Notes: a model not told the origin generated them from the letters alone. A DNA stretch of 64,000 nucleotides from Octopus sinensis (GCF_006345805.1 NC_042998.1:138818001-138882000); one strand, 5' to 3'; counted from the first letter of the stretch, positions 12,590 to 26,700 are shown. Numbers and translations: made by a program.

Positions 12590-12789
12590 ACTTGCTTTAA
12601 GTCATTTAACTGCGGCCATGCTGCAGCACCGCCTTGATTTTGTTTTAGTCAAATAAGTCGACCCTAGTATTTAATTTTTAAGCCTGGTCTTTTTTGACGA
12701 ACCGCTAACTTAAGGGGACTAAAGACACCAATGCCGGTCGGCAAGCGGTGATGGGCGGACAAACACAGACACAAAGACACACACGCATA

Positions 12790-12790
<1 letters not shown>
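12590..12790 (-). mobile_element. SINE family 1, 3' half
   Basis: ACTGCGGCCATGCTGCAGCACCGCC and GAACCGCTAA blocks. Confidence 0.75.
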
Positions 12791-12870
<80 letters not shown>

Positions 12871-12873
12871 GTC

Positions 12874-13182
<309 letters not shown>

Positions 13183-13331
13183 TTATATAACCTAAACTCC
13201 GGTTTACCAAACGAACCACTTGTTACCGTACAACATTACAAAAGACTGTACCTACCCAGCTAATAGCTAGGAGCGACTCTGGATTTAATTACCCCTCAGA
13301 GGTATTAAACTCCTCTTACTTGATAACTATA

Positions 13332-13418
<87 letters not shown>

Positions 13419-13458
13419 GACTGACAAGGGAGGCAAGTTCCCTACAGCAAGCAGGACA

Positions 13459-13508
13459 GAACTAGATCATCGATGATTTCGGATTTGATTAATCTTCATC
13501 AGTGACTC
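13459..13508 (-). ncRNA. Type I hammerhead ribozyme-like motif (slightly degenerate)
   Basis: gagtca CTGATGA aGATT-aatca-AATCc GAAA TCATCGATGA TC tagttc. Palindromic stem III; stem I has wobbles and one mismatch. Confidence 0.55.
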
Positions 13509-13740
13509 CCACCCGGTTGCCGAGAGTTATAGCTAACTCGCCTTGTCAGTTTGTAGAAAATACCGTAGGAATCAGAGGCTGATTCCATAAATGGCAAAAC
13601 AGGGAGCTTGTCTCCCTTGTCGGATAAATACTTCCCCATGGCTACGAGTTGTTTTGACTCTTATTTCTAGCAATGCTTAGTCACCTTAGTGATGTTTATA
13701 CTTGTGCCTTTTGGTTGTAAGTTGCGAATAGGCCACCTTA

Positions 13741-14092
13741 ATCTGTATATCTATAAATAGCAGGATGCGTGTGTGTTTTTTTTTTTTTGTGTGTGTGTGT
13801 GTGTGTACGTGAATGTAATTTATGCACGTCTACAAATTAGCACGCATGTCGCTCCTATTTTAGGAGGACATTCGTCACGATCCTAGTTGGGTTTTGTCGA
13901 CTTATTTTTCCCGAGGCATCCGCGGAGAGCGGTAAAAATCGATTTTCAACTATAACTTTTACCAATTTTGAAGTTTGCTAAAATGAGTTAAGTCCCCTCC
14001 TTGCCGTAGCGGAGTGAAAGTGTGTGTGTGAGGGAGAGAAGGAGAGAGAGTAGGCGACAGCATATATATATATAGTAGAGAATGTGACATAT

Positions 14093-14156
<64 letters not shown>

Positions 14157-15088
14157 TATAGTAGAGAATGTGACATATTGTGTGTGTATATATATATATG
14201 TATATATAATTTAAAAATAGGATAAAATCTTCATAAGAAATTATCAAGTAGTTAGCGTCAAAGACCTCATAAGAGAAAAAAAATCCCGCCATTTACATAG
14301 ATGTATGAGGGGTGAACAGTTCTATATTCTACGGTGGATACGATGATTGTTCGTCTGGTATGTTGATTTTGTTCATTCATTATATATCTTGAATTCGCTG
14401 TACTGATGAGTAAGGGACGCAGTTGCTGCGTTGATTACGAAATCACTGGTGATCTGCAGCTAAATTCTGTTTCTAAATTATTTGCTTCGAGACTTGCATT
14501 CGGTACGATATGTTTATTTTGGTAGTTTTGACTTTAAGAGTCCCTCCTAGCGTGCGGCATTTATGTGTAATAATGCCCTCTATATAATATATATATATAA
14601 TAGCGTGCAAACCTTCGATGCAACCTTCTACAATGCAGATCTCCGAGGCAACCTTCTCCAATGCATATCTGCAATAAACTGATTCCTTATGAGGTTTTCC
14701 ATTCAATCAGGATGAAAAATCGATAAACCGATTCCTTATAGGATTTCCCACTAGAATTGACTACACCCAACCATAAATTTTACCAATTTTGATGTATTTT
14801 GTTCAAACTAGATGCCGGCGTTACTTAGGACTCGTGGGATCTTTGAATGCTTTAAGTTCTAAAAAAAAAAAACAAAACAATCGATGAGTGGAAAAATCGA
14901 TAAACCGACTCCTTATGGGATTTCCCAATCAAATTCTCTGCAACCCGTTATCAGCCAAAAGTTTACCAATTTCAACGGATTTCGCTCAAATTTGACGTCG
15001 ATGTTACTTTGTTTAGTTTGAAACAAAGCGGTTGATTAGCTTAATAATCCTAACTTAAACCCGGGCAACGCCGGGCTATACTGCTCGT
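13741..15088 (+). mobile_element. Non-autonomous Helitron/HINE-like element with nested inserts
   Basis: 5' ATCTGTATATCTATAAATAG followed by (TG)n. Internal ~120-bp repeats at 14715 and 14890. 3' hairpin CCCGGGCAACGCCGGG followed by CTCGT. Confidence 0.55.
14397..14460 (+). ncRNA. Intact minimal type I hammerhead ribozyme
   Basis: GCTGTA CTGATGA GTAA..(ACGCAG-ttg-CTGCGT)..TTAC GAAA TCAC-tg-GTGA TC TGCAGC. All three stems pair, core CUGAUGA/GAAA intact, AUC cleavage triplet. Confidence 0.85.
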
Positions 15089-15092
15089 AATA

Positions 15093-15124
<32 letters not shown>

Positions 15125-15624
15125 CCGTGTTGCCGCAGTGAATCTAGCTCTATGTTCAATTTATCTTTGCTCACACCGACTGCGGTGGCAAAATAAATTT
15201 TCTTTTGGTTGTCTTCAGTTGGGTTTACTTTCCGTTATTCATTTTATAGTTTTCAGCATTTATTTTTCTTTTTGGTTCCTTTTTCCGTTTACTGCATTTA
15301 TGTGACTTTCGTTCACATTTTCGTTCATTTGTCTTGTTTTACAGTTGCTCTTTGGTTAGCTTGGTCAGGTTAGAAGACTTATCCTCCGAAATCCTTTTCA
15401 CAAAAATAAATATTTTCCAAAATATTTTTTCCAAAATTTATTTTAAAAATTATTTCAAAAATCATTTTCCCCTCCGTAAGGAGGGGAACAACAGTCCACT
15501 ACGTCTGTTAAAACAGAACGTAGAACAATAAGAAAAGTTCAAAATTTAACAATAAATGGCAACAATATCAATAAATAATAATAACAATTACTAACCAAAT
15601 TCTCGCAAAACAAATTAACCGCAG

Positions 15625-15768
15625 TACGCAACTGGTACTTAATTTATCGATTTCGAAAGGATGAAAAGCAAAGTTGATCTCGGACGAATTTGAACTCAGA
15701 ACGTAAAAACGGATGAAATACTGCTAATCATTTCGTCCGGCGCGCTAACGGTTCTGCCAGCTCGCCGC
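15625..15768 (-). mobile_element. tRNA-derived SINE family 3 (Meta-domain-like GCCTTTCATCCTTTCGGGGTCGATAAATTAAGTACC)
   Basis: Head GGCGAGCTGGCAGAA..GTTAGC and GAGTTCAAATT B box. Further copies at 23170-23755, 55080-55258 and 62260-62410. Confidence 0.75.
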
Positions 15769-17939
15769 TGTAGAGACACATAGTATTACAATACTTGTGT
15801 ATGAGTTCGCGCGTTTTTGTATTTACCAGTGTAGATGAGTGCAAATTATCTGTAGTCTTTTTATTTTGCAAGGCGCGTTAAACCTCTAAAAATTGGATGT
15901 AACTTAAAGTTAACTTTATACTTAAATTCTTTTAGCAAGCCTTAAAATACCAATGACGAATGATGAGTTCATAACCAATTGGTTCATAAAGGTATGTCTA
16001 AACTACTTATCTTGTAGTTTATCTTCAGCACTCAAATCAAACGAAGGCCATCCACCTCTCATATACATAACTAGTGCTCAGCTAAGAATAACTTGCTAAC
16101 AAAATACTTGTAAAATTATACAACGATTAAGTTGTTCGCAGTTGTGATACCTTTTATCCTATGATATCCTTTGGCAGAGGAGACTGGGGCATTTAAAATT
16201 AACTTTCATAACCATAAATTCACATTAACAGTGGTGAGAATAAATTCAAACCACAAACCTTTCGACAGCTGCTTGTCGACCCGAGTAAACTAACAAAACA
16301 CTCATTAAATATCTCCTCGAGACTTACATGCTCAGGTGTCTTGAACTAACTGCGAAGGTGAGAAAAGATGTTGCCAGAAAATTGTAAATCGCTGAAAAAG
16401 TAAACCATTATATCTGGTTCAAAAGAGAGTAGGAGTGGTGTGGCAAGGACAAGCATTTAGGATGATAGAAACACTTGGCCCATATGCACAGCAACTGACG
16501 CAACAAAGCTTGTGCGGTGTGTAAGAGTTCTGTCACCTTCATCGGTAGGTGGTCCCGGGCAGCACTGATATCACAGTGAAAAGGGCCGAAACATGAACAA
16601 AACTTCTTCACCGTCTGATGAAACATTGACTCCTGCATACGGAGACGGAGTATAGCTGCGGCATGACCATACAAGTCTTTACCCTAAAAGTGTATATAGA
16701 CATAGGAAACTGGTAGTAAGCAATATCAACTAAAGTCCTTTATTTGTTGTCTGGACATTGACACCAGCAATTATCAATCGAGAAAGCGTCCGATAGAATA
16801 AGTACCAGACTTTTAAAAAATAAAACGTAAGTATTAGGGTCAATTTATTCAACAAAAATCCTTCATAGCAGTGTCCCAATATGGCTGCAGTCCAATGATT
16901 GAAATTAGTAAACGATAAAAGATTTATAAACAAATTGAACTACTTGTTTGCCGTACAGCATAAGCTAGTAATGAACCAGAATCCTTAACCAACCATGATG
17001 TGCGTGTATTGCGTTAGTTTCCTTGCATGTTTCGTCGTAGATTATAAATTGAATAATATACATTACCGTCCGTTAACTTTTATCAATGTTAATTTGAATG
17101 AATAGCTTAATGCTATTCAACTTGTTTCACGACCTGTACATCCTTTGCAAAATCTATGGACAAAATACTACTGCTCAAAAAAGAAATCTACCCTTCCCAC
17201 ATACAAAAATCATGCAACATTTTTTTTCTAGGACGTTTTTTTGCTAGGAATATAATTACATTATTGGATAAGTTGTATGTTGTCATCGAGAAACTGATAT
17301 ATCTGCTATTGATCTATCATTTTATTAGCAATCTCAAAAGTCACTTGGTGTATACTGATGATAATAGTACACAACAGGAAGTTGACTGTTGATGCTTGGC
17401 TTGACTTCTTAACATCAATTTGTTTATGCATCAAATACACGTTGACTTTTTATTCACGTTCTAAAACACACCTCGATTTATCTATTTTGTGCTTCAGTAA
17501 ACATTGGCTTCTACAATGTACTTACTACACACCAGTTTGACCACCAAGAATTTATGTTTATTTAACGAATGTTAGCTTATTATTTGATGGAATCAAAACC
17601 ATCGTTAAGAGATCAAATTGTAAGTGTACTGAAACACAAAGTTGAAGGCTTCGCATTTTTTTTGTAGCGGTTTTGTTTTATCCATGATCAAAACACTTTG
17701 TCATCAATGACTCTATTTACAGTGATAGAGTTCAATGCTTTAAGATGTCTACTAGAAATTTTTCTAGTAACTTAAACATTGCACTTCAGAATTGGCTGCT
17801 GATATCACCAAAGCCTTCCTTTTCTCTCGATAGGAATCTATCCAAAGAAAAGTAACCCGTCTTTCTTATGAAGATCAGTATTTCAGACCCTGACAACTTT
17901 AAATATATTACACTCACTTCTAGCATAATATAAATAGTC

Positions 17940-20480
17940 ATACACAACCACGACCTTCCGCTAACGAAGGCTTCGAAATTCACGAGAGGCATCCTACAGT
18001 GATGAATCTGTATGTACATCTTGAAAATGTCCAGCGTGTATATTTCAAAGAAGACAATGCTCGAAACATTGTTCTGTATCCATCAGAAACCACTTTGACA
18101 GCTTTCTTCAAATTATGCCAATATGATCTGCATGCCCAAACGCTGTTCTATATTGAGTTCCCGTGTACTATACTGAACACACAATAGATGGAACAGACGC
18201 AAGTAAGGAGCGTGCGTTGAGGGCTAGGAAGAACGTGCTATCTTCAGAAGTGGGGCCATCGGGTGGGTGTACACTGTGTACCCTAATCAGCAGGAGTGCT
18301 TCTTTCTGCGACTACTGCTGCACACTGTCAGACCTTCGAAGACACAATGGGGAAGTATGCACGACCTACAGAGAAGCCTGCGCCAGACATGGACTACTGG
18401 AGAACGATGCTCAATGGAACCAGACACTGGATGAGGTAGAGCACCAATTCAACTTCAACTTCGCCAGCTATTTTCTATCATGTTGATGACATGTGGCTTG
18501 GGTGAACCACTCACGCTTTGGACGACTCACAAAACCAGCATGGCTGAGGACATCCTACAAAGGATTCAAAGGCAAGCCTCAGCGGAAATTTCCACGTTCA
18601 GTTACGCCATTTACAACGAGGAATTACTTGATCTGGACAACCGAGTGCAAGCTATGGGAGGTCAAGGCATTGCCACATTTGGTCTGCCACAACCAGAGCA
18701 GGCAGCAAACAATACAATCTCGTATTTGAGTACCTGCGAGAAATCTACTATGATATCGAGGAAATGACGGCGTATATAGCTAATAATGAACACAAACTGA
18801 TAGAGGACAGACTGGGTGTTTATAAGACCACCATTTCAAGCATTGAAAGTGAAAGAAGAGGTATTTTCTTTCTGGATGCTCCAGGTGAAATTGGCAAGAC
18901 ATTTGTCATCAACCTTATTCTGGCTAAACTGCGCCAAATGAAACACATTACCATAACAGTGGCGTCACGTGAAATTGCTGCAACTCTGCTAAGTAGTGGC
19001 CACACAACTCATTCCTGTTTCAAACTCCCTTTGAACCTGTCCAAAAAAGAGAAGGTAAACGGCAACATCAGTCGTGGTTCTATAAAAGACAAACTTCTGG
19101 GTGAATACAAGTTGATCATCTGGGATGAGGTAATAATGAGCCATAAAGTTTCCTTTGAAGCTCTTGACATGGCCCTTCAGGATCTGAGACACAACACCAG
19201 GCTCATGGGAGATGTCAGAGTCTTGCTTTCAGGAGACTTTAGACAAACCCTTCCCATGGCTCCAAATGAGACAAGAGCTGATGAGGTACCTATGGAGTAG
19301 TGTGCAAAAACTGAGACTCACAACCAGCATGAGACTGCAGCTCAGTGGTGATGATGCAAGCAGACTCTTTTCAGTGCAACTGTTGGACGTCGGTAATGGC
19401 ACTTCGGTTGGCGAGAAGGATGGCCGGCTAAGCTTGCCTTTTGGGCATGGTATCTGATTTAAAGGGTCTAATGAATAAAATGCTTCCTAACCTGAGGAAT
19501 CAGGTTACAGACGACAACTGGCTGAAAACCACCCGTGCCATTTCAGCTCCAAAGAATGTGACAGTTGATGATTTAAACATCAAACTTCTGGTAAAGCAAA
19601 CGGTGAGCCTGTATTCATTCTTAGAATCCCACTTATTCCCTCGGATATGCCTTTCCAGTACAAGCGCCTGCAATTCCCGTTGAAACTGAGATTTGCAATG
19701 AGCATTAACAAGGCCCAGGGACAGCATTGGATGTGGTAGATCTGAACCTTGCGGAACCAGTTTTCTCCCATAGCCAACTTTATGTGGGATGCTCCAGAGT
19801 CAGCAATCCTAACCATTTGTTTATTTATGCCCCACAAGGTTAGATAAAAAAATGTTGTTTATCAAGAAGCTCTGCAAACTTAGTAAAATTCATCAAATCA
19901 TCAGGTATTTATTATTTAACTGTAAGTGTTGTAAATGAATTGATAATCTACATGCTATTTTAATTTCAAATCTATATGCAAATTTATTTGTATGTCTACT
20001 GTAAAACTAAATGCCAGTGTGTTTCTACATTCATTGTGAATCTATTTCAATACTACTTCCCCTAAGGGTTATATTCCCTGGGAACGCACAAAAGCCCTTT
20101 TCAGAGTCATTTACTTTGAATTGTTATTATCTCATATCCGATTAGCCTGTTATTACGTACAATGCTTCACGATTTTGGTATATATACCTTATTGGTATTT
20201 CCTCCTAAGTTCTATATACTTTGGGAAAACATTAAAGCCTTTTTCGAGGCTACTTTATTTGAATTCTTACTATCGAGTAACTAATTTCATGTTATTACGT
20301 AACTGACTTCACGATTTGGGCATTCATAACTTATTGGGAATTGCTAAAAACAAGATCCTTATAAAAAAAACTCGTTTTAAGGGCTACATACTTTGTACTG
20401 TTGTTATTGGATTAGCGAAACAATTATGAGAACGGAACCAAAGTATAAGCCCCGCTTTTCTGGGAATTATCGGGCACGTC
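17940..20480 (+). mobile_element. 5'-truncated Helitron (Rep-helicase, Pif1 domain), pseudogenised
   Basis: IHERHPTVMNLYVHLEN, TTLTAFFKLC, FLDAPGEIGKT (Walker A), IIWDE, GDFRQTLP, FAMSINKAQG, QLYVGCSRV. Putative 3' hairpin near 20450-20475. Confidence 0.92.
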
Positions 20481-20559
20481 AGATAGTACTATATATTTCG
20501 GATCATACAATAAAAATCCCAAGTTGCTACAGACAATAGATTCGAAATCTCTGATGATT

Positions 20560-21260
20560 TTTCATATATATCCAATGTTGCAAAAATAATTCCATCACTC
20601 TTCAATGCCAATAGACATGTCAGCTATGGTCATTTGCCAACTTCCTGCATATATCTACGTTAAGGAATGTCTCCTAAACATGGGATGGTACCGCCACTAC
20701 TACACTAGCACTTTGACTGCGTCGGAAGGAAATACATTCGATTGACAAATACTGATTGGCCGACACTCAAAAACATTCGACACGAATGATTCTCATTCAA
20801 TATATTCTCTATGTCATATCTACTTCCATTAAAAAAGGCTTTGACCTTCTGAATTAGTGAATAATCTACACCTCTCTCTAGACCCACCTAATTTATGACT
20901 TTTTCCCCTTTACCATTCTTACTACGCCTCACCCACACCCATTCTCTGGACCATACACTAAACACTTTGTTCAATCATTCCTGACCAGAATGGTAACTTC
21001 TACAAATTCTCTCACCGTTCGCATTTTTCCTTCGAATCTACTGAAGTTTAGACTGAACAATAATCGCGTCCATCTACGAATCTGAGAATGACCTACTAAG
21101 TTCACAGGCAATGTCACATCTACCAAGAAATGCCTTGAGGTAACATGGTGGCAAAATTCTGCTGAGTTGAGTTTGCGACACGAGTTCGACCTCAATTTAC
21201 TTGTTCTTCAAAATTCTGTCAGCAGCCAGCTTGACTGTAGTCTCCACCCTCAGGATGATT
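20560..21260 (-). mobile_element. Possible decayed LINE ORF1 fragment
   Basis: GC-richer island whose minus-strand translation, with stops, is loosely ORF1-like and has a degenerate Cys/His knuckle. Confidence 0.25.
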
Positions 21261-22104
21261 TTTCTTCGACACCTTAGTTTATATTATATTATCAAGCAAA
21301 ATATTGAATAGAACACAGTAAGAATATGAAGTCTATGTAAAAAACAAAATGTATTGATGCAAACAATAGATACTTTTTCGTAAATAACATGTAATGAATG
21401 AAAGCAACCAACAAAAATTAGAGTAGCACTGGAGCTGTGCTTGAGACTTGGTCGCATTTGGGTGACGAAGATTTTGACACTTCATGAAATAAATTCAAAG
21501 GGAATCCAAGAACTTTGTATCTTATTAAATTATTCTTCCTTGATGTAACTGCTTCAGTTTCAACACATTTGCAGATTAAGTTATTTGCTTGACAAATAGA
21601 TAGGTACAACTCCGAAATAAAAGTAATTAATAGGAAACATTTTTAAGGAGCCTATCAAACATTGAAATAAACTCTAGGTAATTTCTCTTTGTCTGTATTA
21701 GCATTTCAGTTCAAGGTGCCAATAACCATTTAAATTTTAGCTGTTCTGATATCTGACAATACAATTTATAATCCATATTATCACAGAGAGGCGGCATGCA
21801 AGATCATTTTAATAACCTGTTAGAACTTGCTTATATTAAACTCATTTGTTCCCTGAATGATAGCGGAAACAACAAACAGGACCTTGAAGTTACCGCAACT
21901 GCAAAAATATATACAAATGCGTGAAAAAAAGTAATACATACATACATACATACATACATACATACACACATATATATATATTTAAAAGAACACAGCTCTG
22001 ACGTTGTTATAGTAAAAGAATTGATTTATTATTAAACAGTACAATGACGATTGTATGAAAGTATATATATATATGTATATATATGAGCACTGTATACAAT
22101 AATT

Positions 22105-22137
<33 letters not shown>

Positions 22138-22201
22138 GTGCGTGCTTATGTGTGTGTACAATACATGCGTACATACATACATACATACATACATACATAC
22201 A

Positions 22202-22237
<36 letters not shown>

Positions 22238-22498
22238 TTCATATATGTATGTATGTTTGTATGTGTATTAAGATTGGGTGAGAAGAGGATGTATTATTAT
22301 TAAAGGTATAAAGCAACAAATAAAACCGGTATCCAGCTATTTCAGTCTGAGTCTTGTATTCCGTTTCGTCGAAAGCAGAACAGAGTATACTTTACACTAA
22401 AATAAATTTATCTTGCCAAGTCTCCAAAACGTAGAAAAAAACCCCACAGATATACACTTTTCACATATTCACTCTTATGAGCAAATGCAGAAACAGAG

Positions 22499-22550
22499 AT
22501 GAAACAATATACAGTATTTGGACTGGTAATCTTATGTATAGGAATTGAAG
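22499..22550 (+). CDS. Gene B first coding exon, signal peptide (MKQYTVFGLVILCIGIE-)
   Basis: ATG, hydrophobic 17-mer, strong phase-1 donor GAAG|GTAAGA. Confidence 0.72.
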
Positions 22551-22849
22551 GTAAGAAAAACTGTTGTTAATGATTATATTTAATTCGTTTCGACTCGGTT
22601 TCAAATTTATTTATTGATAAACTCTTGCACCATTAATTAACACAATGTTATTAATATTTAGTAATTATTTTAGTTAAATATTTTTTATCACAGTTTTTCT
22701 TTGTTTAGTTTTGATTTGTTCCATGATGTCTGTAGAAACAGATGACATAAAAATAGTTAACCATTACCCTCACCCTTTCATTAGTTTGTTTTCTGTGCTC
22801 ATGGAACCAAGAGCACGCATAAACATCCTCTCAACATTTCCACCCTTTT

Positions 22850-23755
22850 TTTTTACCCAGCTGGGGCGAGAAAGAGAGCTGCACCAGTACTAAGCTGTTA
22901 CTCATTTTCAGCTGAGTAAACTGGAACAGCTTTAAATGAAGTACATTGTTCAGACACAACCCTTTGCCTGGTACAGGCAAGGATCATATGGCATTATGAT
23001 CGCGGAAACGTAAAAGAGTTGAGTTCAAATCTACAATGGATAAGTTTGCTTCTCATTATTTCAAAGTCGGAAAATTAAGTATTTGTCATTGATTCGTGAC
23101 TTCGTGCTAATATTAGAAATCAGTATTTTTTTTTGTTACAAATGAATGATAATGATAATGACAATAATAATCCCGAAAGGAGGAGAGGTAAAATCAACCT
23201 CAACGGAATTTGAACTCAGAACGCAGAAACGGGCGACATACTGCTAAGCATTTGATCCAGCGTGCTAACGATTCTGCCAGCTCGCCGCCTTCATAATAAT
23301 AATATAATAATCCTTTCTACTATAGGCACAAGGCCTGAAATTTGGGGGAGGGTGTAGTCGATTACATCGAACCAAGTACTCCACAAGTACTTAATTTATC
23401 GACCCCGAGAGGATAAAATGCAAAGTCGACCTCGGCTGAATTTGAACCTAGAACGTGAAGATAGGCAAAATGCCGCTAAACATTTCATTCGGGGAGCAAA
23501 CGATTCTGCCAGCTCGCTGCCTTAATAATATTAATAATAACGGTTTCAGATTTTGCCATAAGGTCAGCAAATTTGGGGAAGACATGAGTCGATTGCATCG
23601 ACCCCACTGTTCAAGTGGTATTTATTTTATTGACCCCGAAAGGATGATATGTAAAGTCGACCTTGGCAGAATATGAATTCAGAACATAGTGACGAGTGAA
23701 ATATTACTAAGCATTTCGTCTTGTGGGTTAACGATTCTGTCAGCTCGCTACCTTC
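22850..23755 (-). mobile_element. SINE cluster: one family-2-like fragment and three head-to-tail family-3 copies
   Basis: TTTGAACTCAGAACG..CTAAGCATTT..TAACGATTCTGCCAGCTCGCC occurs three times (near 23210, 23440, 23675), each followed by (AAT)n. Confidence 0.8.
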
Positions 23756-23789
<34 letters not shown>

Positions 23790-23792
<3 letters not shown>

Positions 23793-26700
23793 GTATACGC
23801 GGTATACAACAGAAGGGAAGTATGCATAGTATACGATACTAGAATGAAAAAAGTGATAGTGATGGGGTCCCTCTGATTCAGGAGGTCCTCTAGAGATAAC
23901 TAAGGAACTCCACCATTCAAGATCACTCTGAATTCCAAGGACAAGAGCCATATCCAACTCCTCTCTTCTGACTCACAGGTCTACACTGAGAGTGGTACAA
24001 TTCACTCTTGAAATTTTCGCAGCTTTCACCCACCTTTTCATAAATATACTCGAGGACAGTACCCCATTCTCTACCCTCACTTTCCTTTCCAAGTGAAACT
24101 TGAAAAAGTCGATGAGGGCTTTATCAAAGAGAAATGTTTCTGTCCTCATTACTTTCAGCCTCGTCCACCAGACAACCTCTTTTGCTACAGCCACCAGACA
24201 AAAGAAAATTGCGTTGCCTGCCCGACTGAAGGAGGGCGGCGGGGCAATCATCAATATGGACTCAACTGAGAGAATGATCTGTCCCACACCAGACAGCAGC
24301 TGTTCGACATAACTCCACAAGTCAGCAATGTCCAGACACTGACCGAATGCATACAGAACGTTTGACAGCACATCCGTGCCTGTAGAGTTTATCTCGAACC
24401 AGTAGCAACCCTCAGTAGCACTGCCAGGCCAAAGACATCTGGAAATTATCCATAGTAGTCCTCGACCGGACGGTCCTTCGGGATAGACTTGCCAGTTCGT
24501 CTTCGTCGACGCCTAGGGTCTCCCCGAGCACGTTGTCGCCTAGGGTCTCACCGAGTTCGTCGTCGCACTTCCCCGTTACTAATCCTCTGTATATAGCTAA
24601 ATTGGAATATCCACCGATTTTATTGCCCAACTTGTAGAGGACAGTGAGCGCCTGACAATATTCTAAGTCTCTGCCTGTTCTTTTCCCAGGACTGCAGCTC
24701 CGTCAAGGAGACGAGCTGCGGAAATGAGTGTCCCACAAACGGAGCCCACACACATTCATCTTCTAGAAATCGTTGCAGGTGGCGCAATCTGAATGCGTGT
24801 CTGCGCATCAAACGCCATGGCATGTCTAACCCGCCAAGCAGAGGGGGCTGGTAACAGACCGACCACCTGAGCATTGGAACACGTCCCTTCCACAAAAAAT
24901 AAGTAGGATACGTTCCAATCTAATCAAGCAGTAACTTGGTCAAGGCACGACGGTCAGACGATAAATAATGAGAGAGGCGATGTAGGCATTCGCCACCTCT
25001 GCCCGACCTTTCAGAGACAACTTCCTCTCCTCTATTTCTGGGTAAGACAGGCCACCTTGTTCGTCACCTCTTCCCAATTCTTATCCACCTGCAGGTCGGG
25101 ACCAAACCAAGCTCCGAGCAGTTTAACTGGTCAATCAGTCCAGCGTCCGACGATGCCGTCTGACGGCATCATCTGCCTCTCCAGGTGCCCAGTTGCAATC
25201 CCACCGACTTGTCGGCGTTGATTTTAGCCCCTGCAACTGACTCATATTCCTTTGCAATGGAGCCGACCGTTTCCACTTAGGAGGCGTCTGGCACCATTAC
25301 GGTGACGTCATCCGTGTAAGCAGACACTGCCCTCTCGAGTCTAATTTCGAAAGGGATGCCTCTTAACTGTCCCAACTTCCGCAGAAGTGGCTCGAGAATC
25401 AGCATATACAGAAGAAGTGACAGCGGGCAGCTCTGACGGACCGAACGCGCGATACTAAATGGTCCCGATAGGTGGTCGCTTACTTTGACCACCGAACAGG
25501 TGCCGCTGTACATTGCAGCAATCTAGCCTCTGAAAATGGGTCCGAAACAGGCTGCTTTAAGGACGGCTTCCAAGTAGTGATAGTCTACCCTATCGAAAGC
25601 TTTCGGCTGATCTAAATTGATTAGGGCCTCACCAAAGCCAGCTTTAGTTCCAGCCTCCTCTACGATATATCGCATAAGATGGAGGTTATCGTGGATAGAT
25701 TTGCTTGGGATTGCGAATGTTTTGTGCCTCTCTGACCAGACTACCGAAAGGCGCCAACCTTTACGCTAACACCTTGGCCAAAAATTTAAATTCTGTGTTT
25801 AGCAGAGTCAAAGGCCAAAAGTTCCCCCAGCACGTCTCCATTGTCGGCATCCTTTCTCAGCAGTGTTACCACCCTTCGGCTAACGGCATTAGGAATTCTC
25901 CCGTTCTGTTGCCAGTTACTGTTGACATCTGCCAAGAGGCTGCCAAACAAATTTGGAATGAAAACATAGAATTCGTAGGGCAGATCGTCCAAACAGGGCG
26001 ATTTGCGAATTGTGCAATTGCTCGTCATCTCCCGTATTTTAGTGGGCTGTAATCGGCTTTTCGCAGAATCTTGTGTCCGTTACTGAAAGCAGTGGTAGGC
26101 CGTCTGGGTACGAAGTAGTCTGCTACCGTCGTCGTCTCATCACCCTCCCCAAATATCTGCACAAAATGCTGCTGGAAAGTCGCACATATCTGCTCAGAAA
26201 CGAGTAGCACGCGTCCATCTTGATCCATCAAAGACTTGATTGTGGTTTTGCTTCCACGTCACGTCTCTACCTTTCGTGTTTTAGCGCACGGGCCTTAGCT
26301 TTGACAATGCACCCTTCGTGTTTCGCCTGAAAGAAATGGTCAAGGGCCATTCTCGCCGCTAACACGTTGGTTGCGATGCCTTTACTAATAGCCTCTTCTA
26401 GTTTGCTAACTAGTTCTTCCTCTAATCTATATTTTCTATTGCTAACTCTTTGCTAAACGCTATCGATTCTACTCTAATTGCTCTCTTCAGAGCGATCTGC
26501 TTCCGGTTGTTGACGATAGCTCTCGTCAACTGCCTCTTAACTAGCTCTCTATCCCGGTCCTTATAGTGTTTGCGAGCCGGTAAGGACGCATTCAACTTCC
26601 AGTAAGCGGGTCCTGTCTACGGCTGCTGTCTAAATCGATTGAGCATATCACAAATTTGTGATTTGTGTAACCGACCAATTTAAATTGTGAACAATCTATG
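23790..26700 (-). mobile_element. Tx1/L1-clade LINE, decayed ORF2
   Basis: YWKLNAS, KSPCLDDLPYEFY, VRQSCPLSLLLY and SAYTDDVTV motifs; C-terminal IDFFKFHLERKVRVE..F..RW typical of Tx1. Confidence 0.88.

Noticed and set aside
17580-17790. Minus-strand KCFDH..KKCEAFNF, reminiscent of a PAN/apple domain
   Set aside because: Needs two frameshifts, has stops, and has no good splice sites; chance similarity cannot be excluded.
21418-21587. Minus-strand phase-1 terminal-exon-like ORF (NNLICKCVETE..)
   Set aside because: No recognisable motif and no linked upstream exons.
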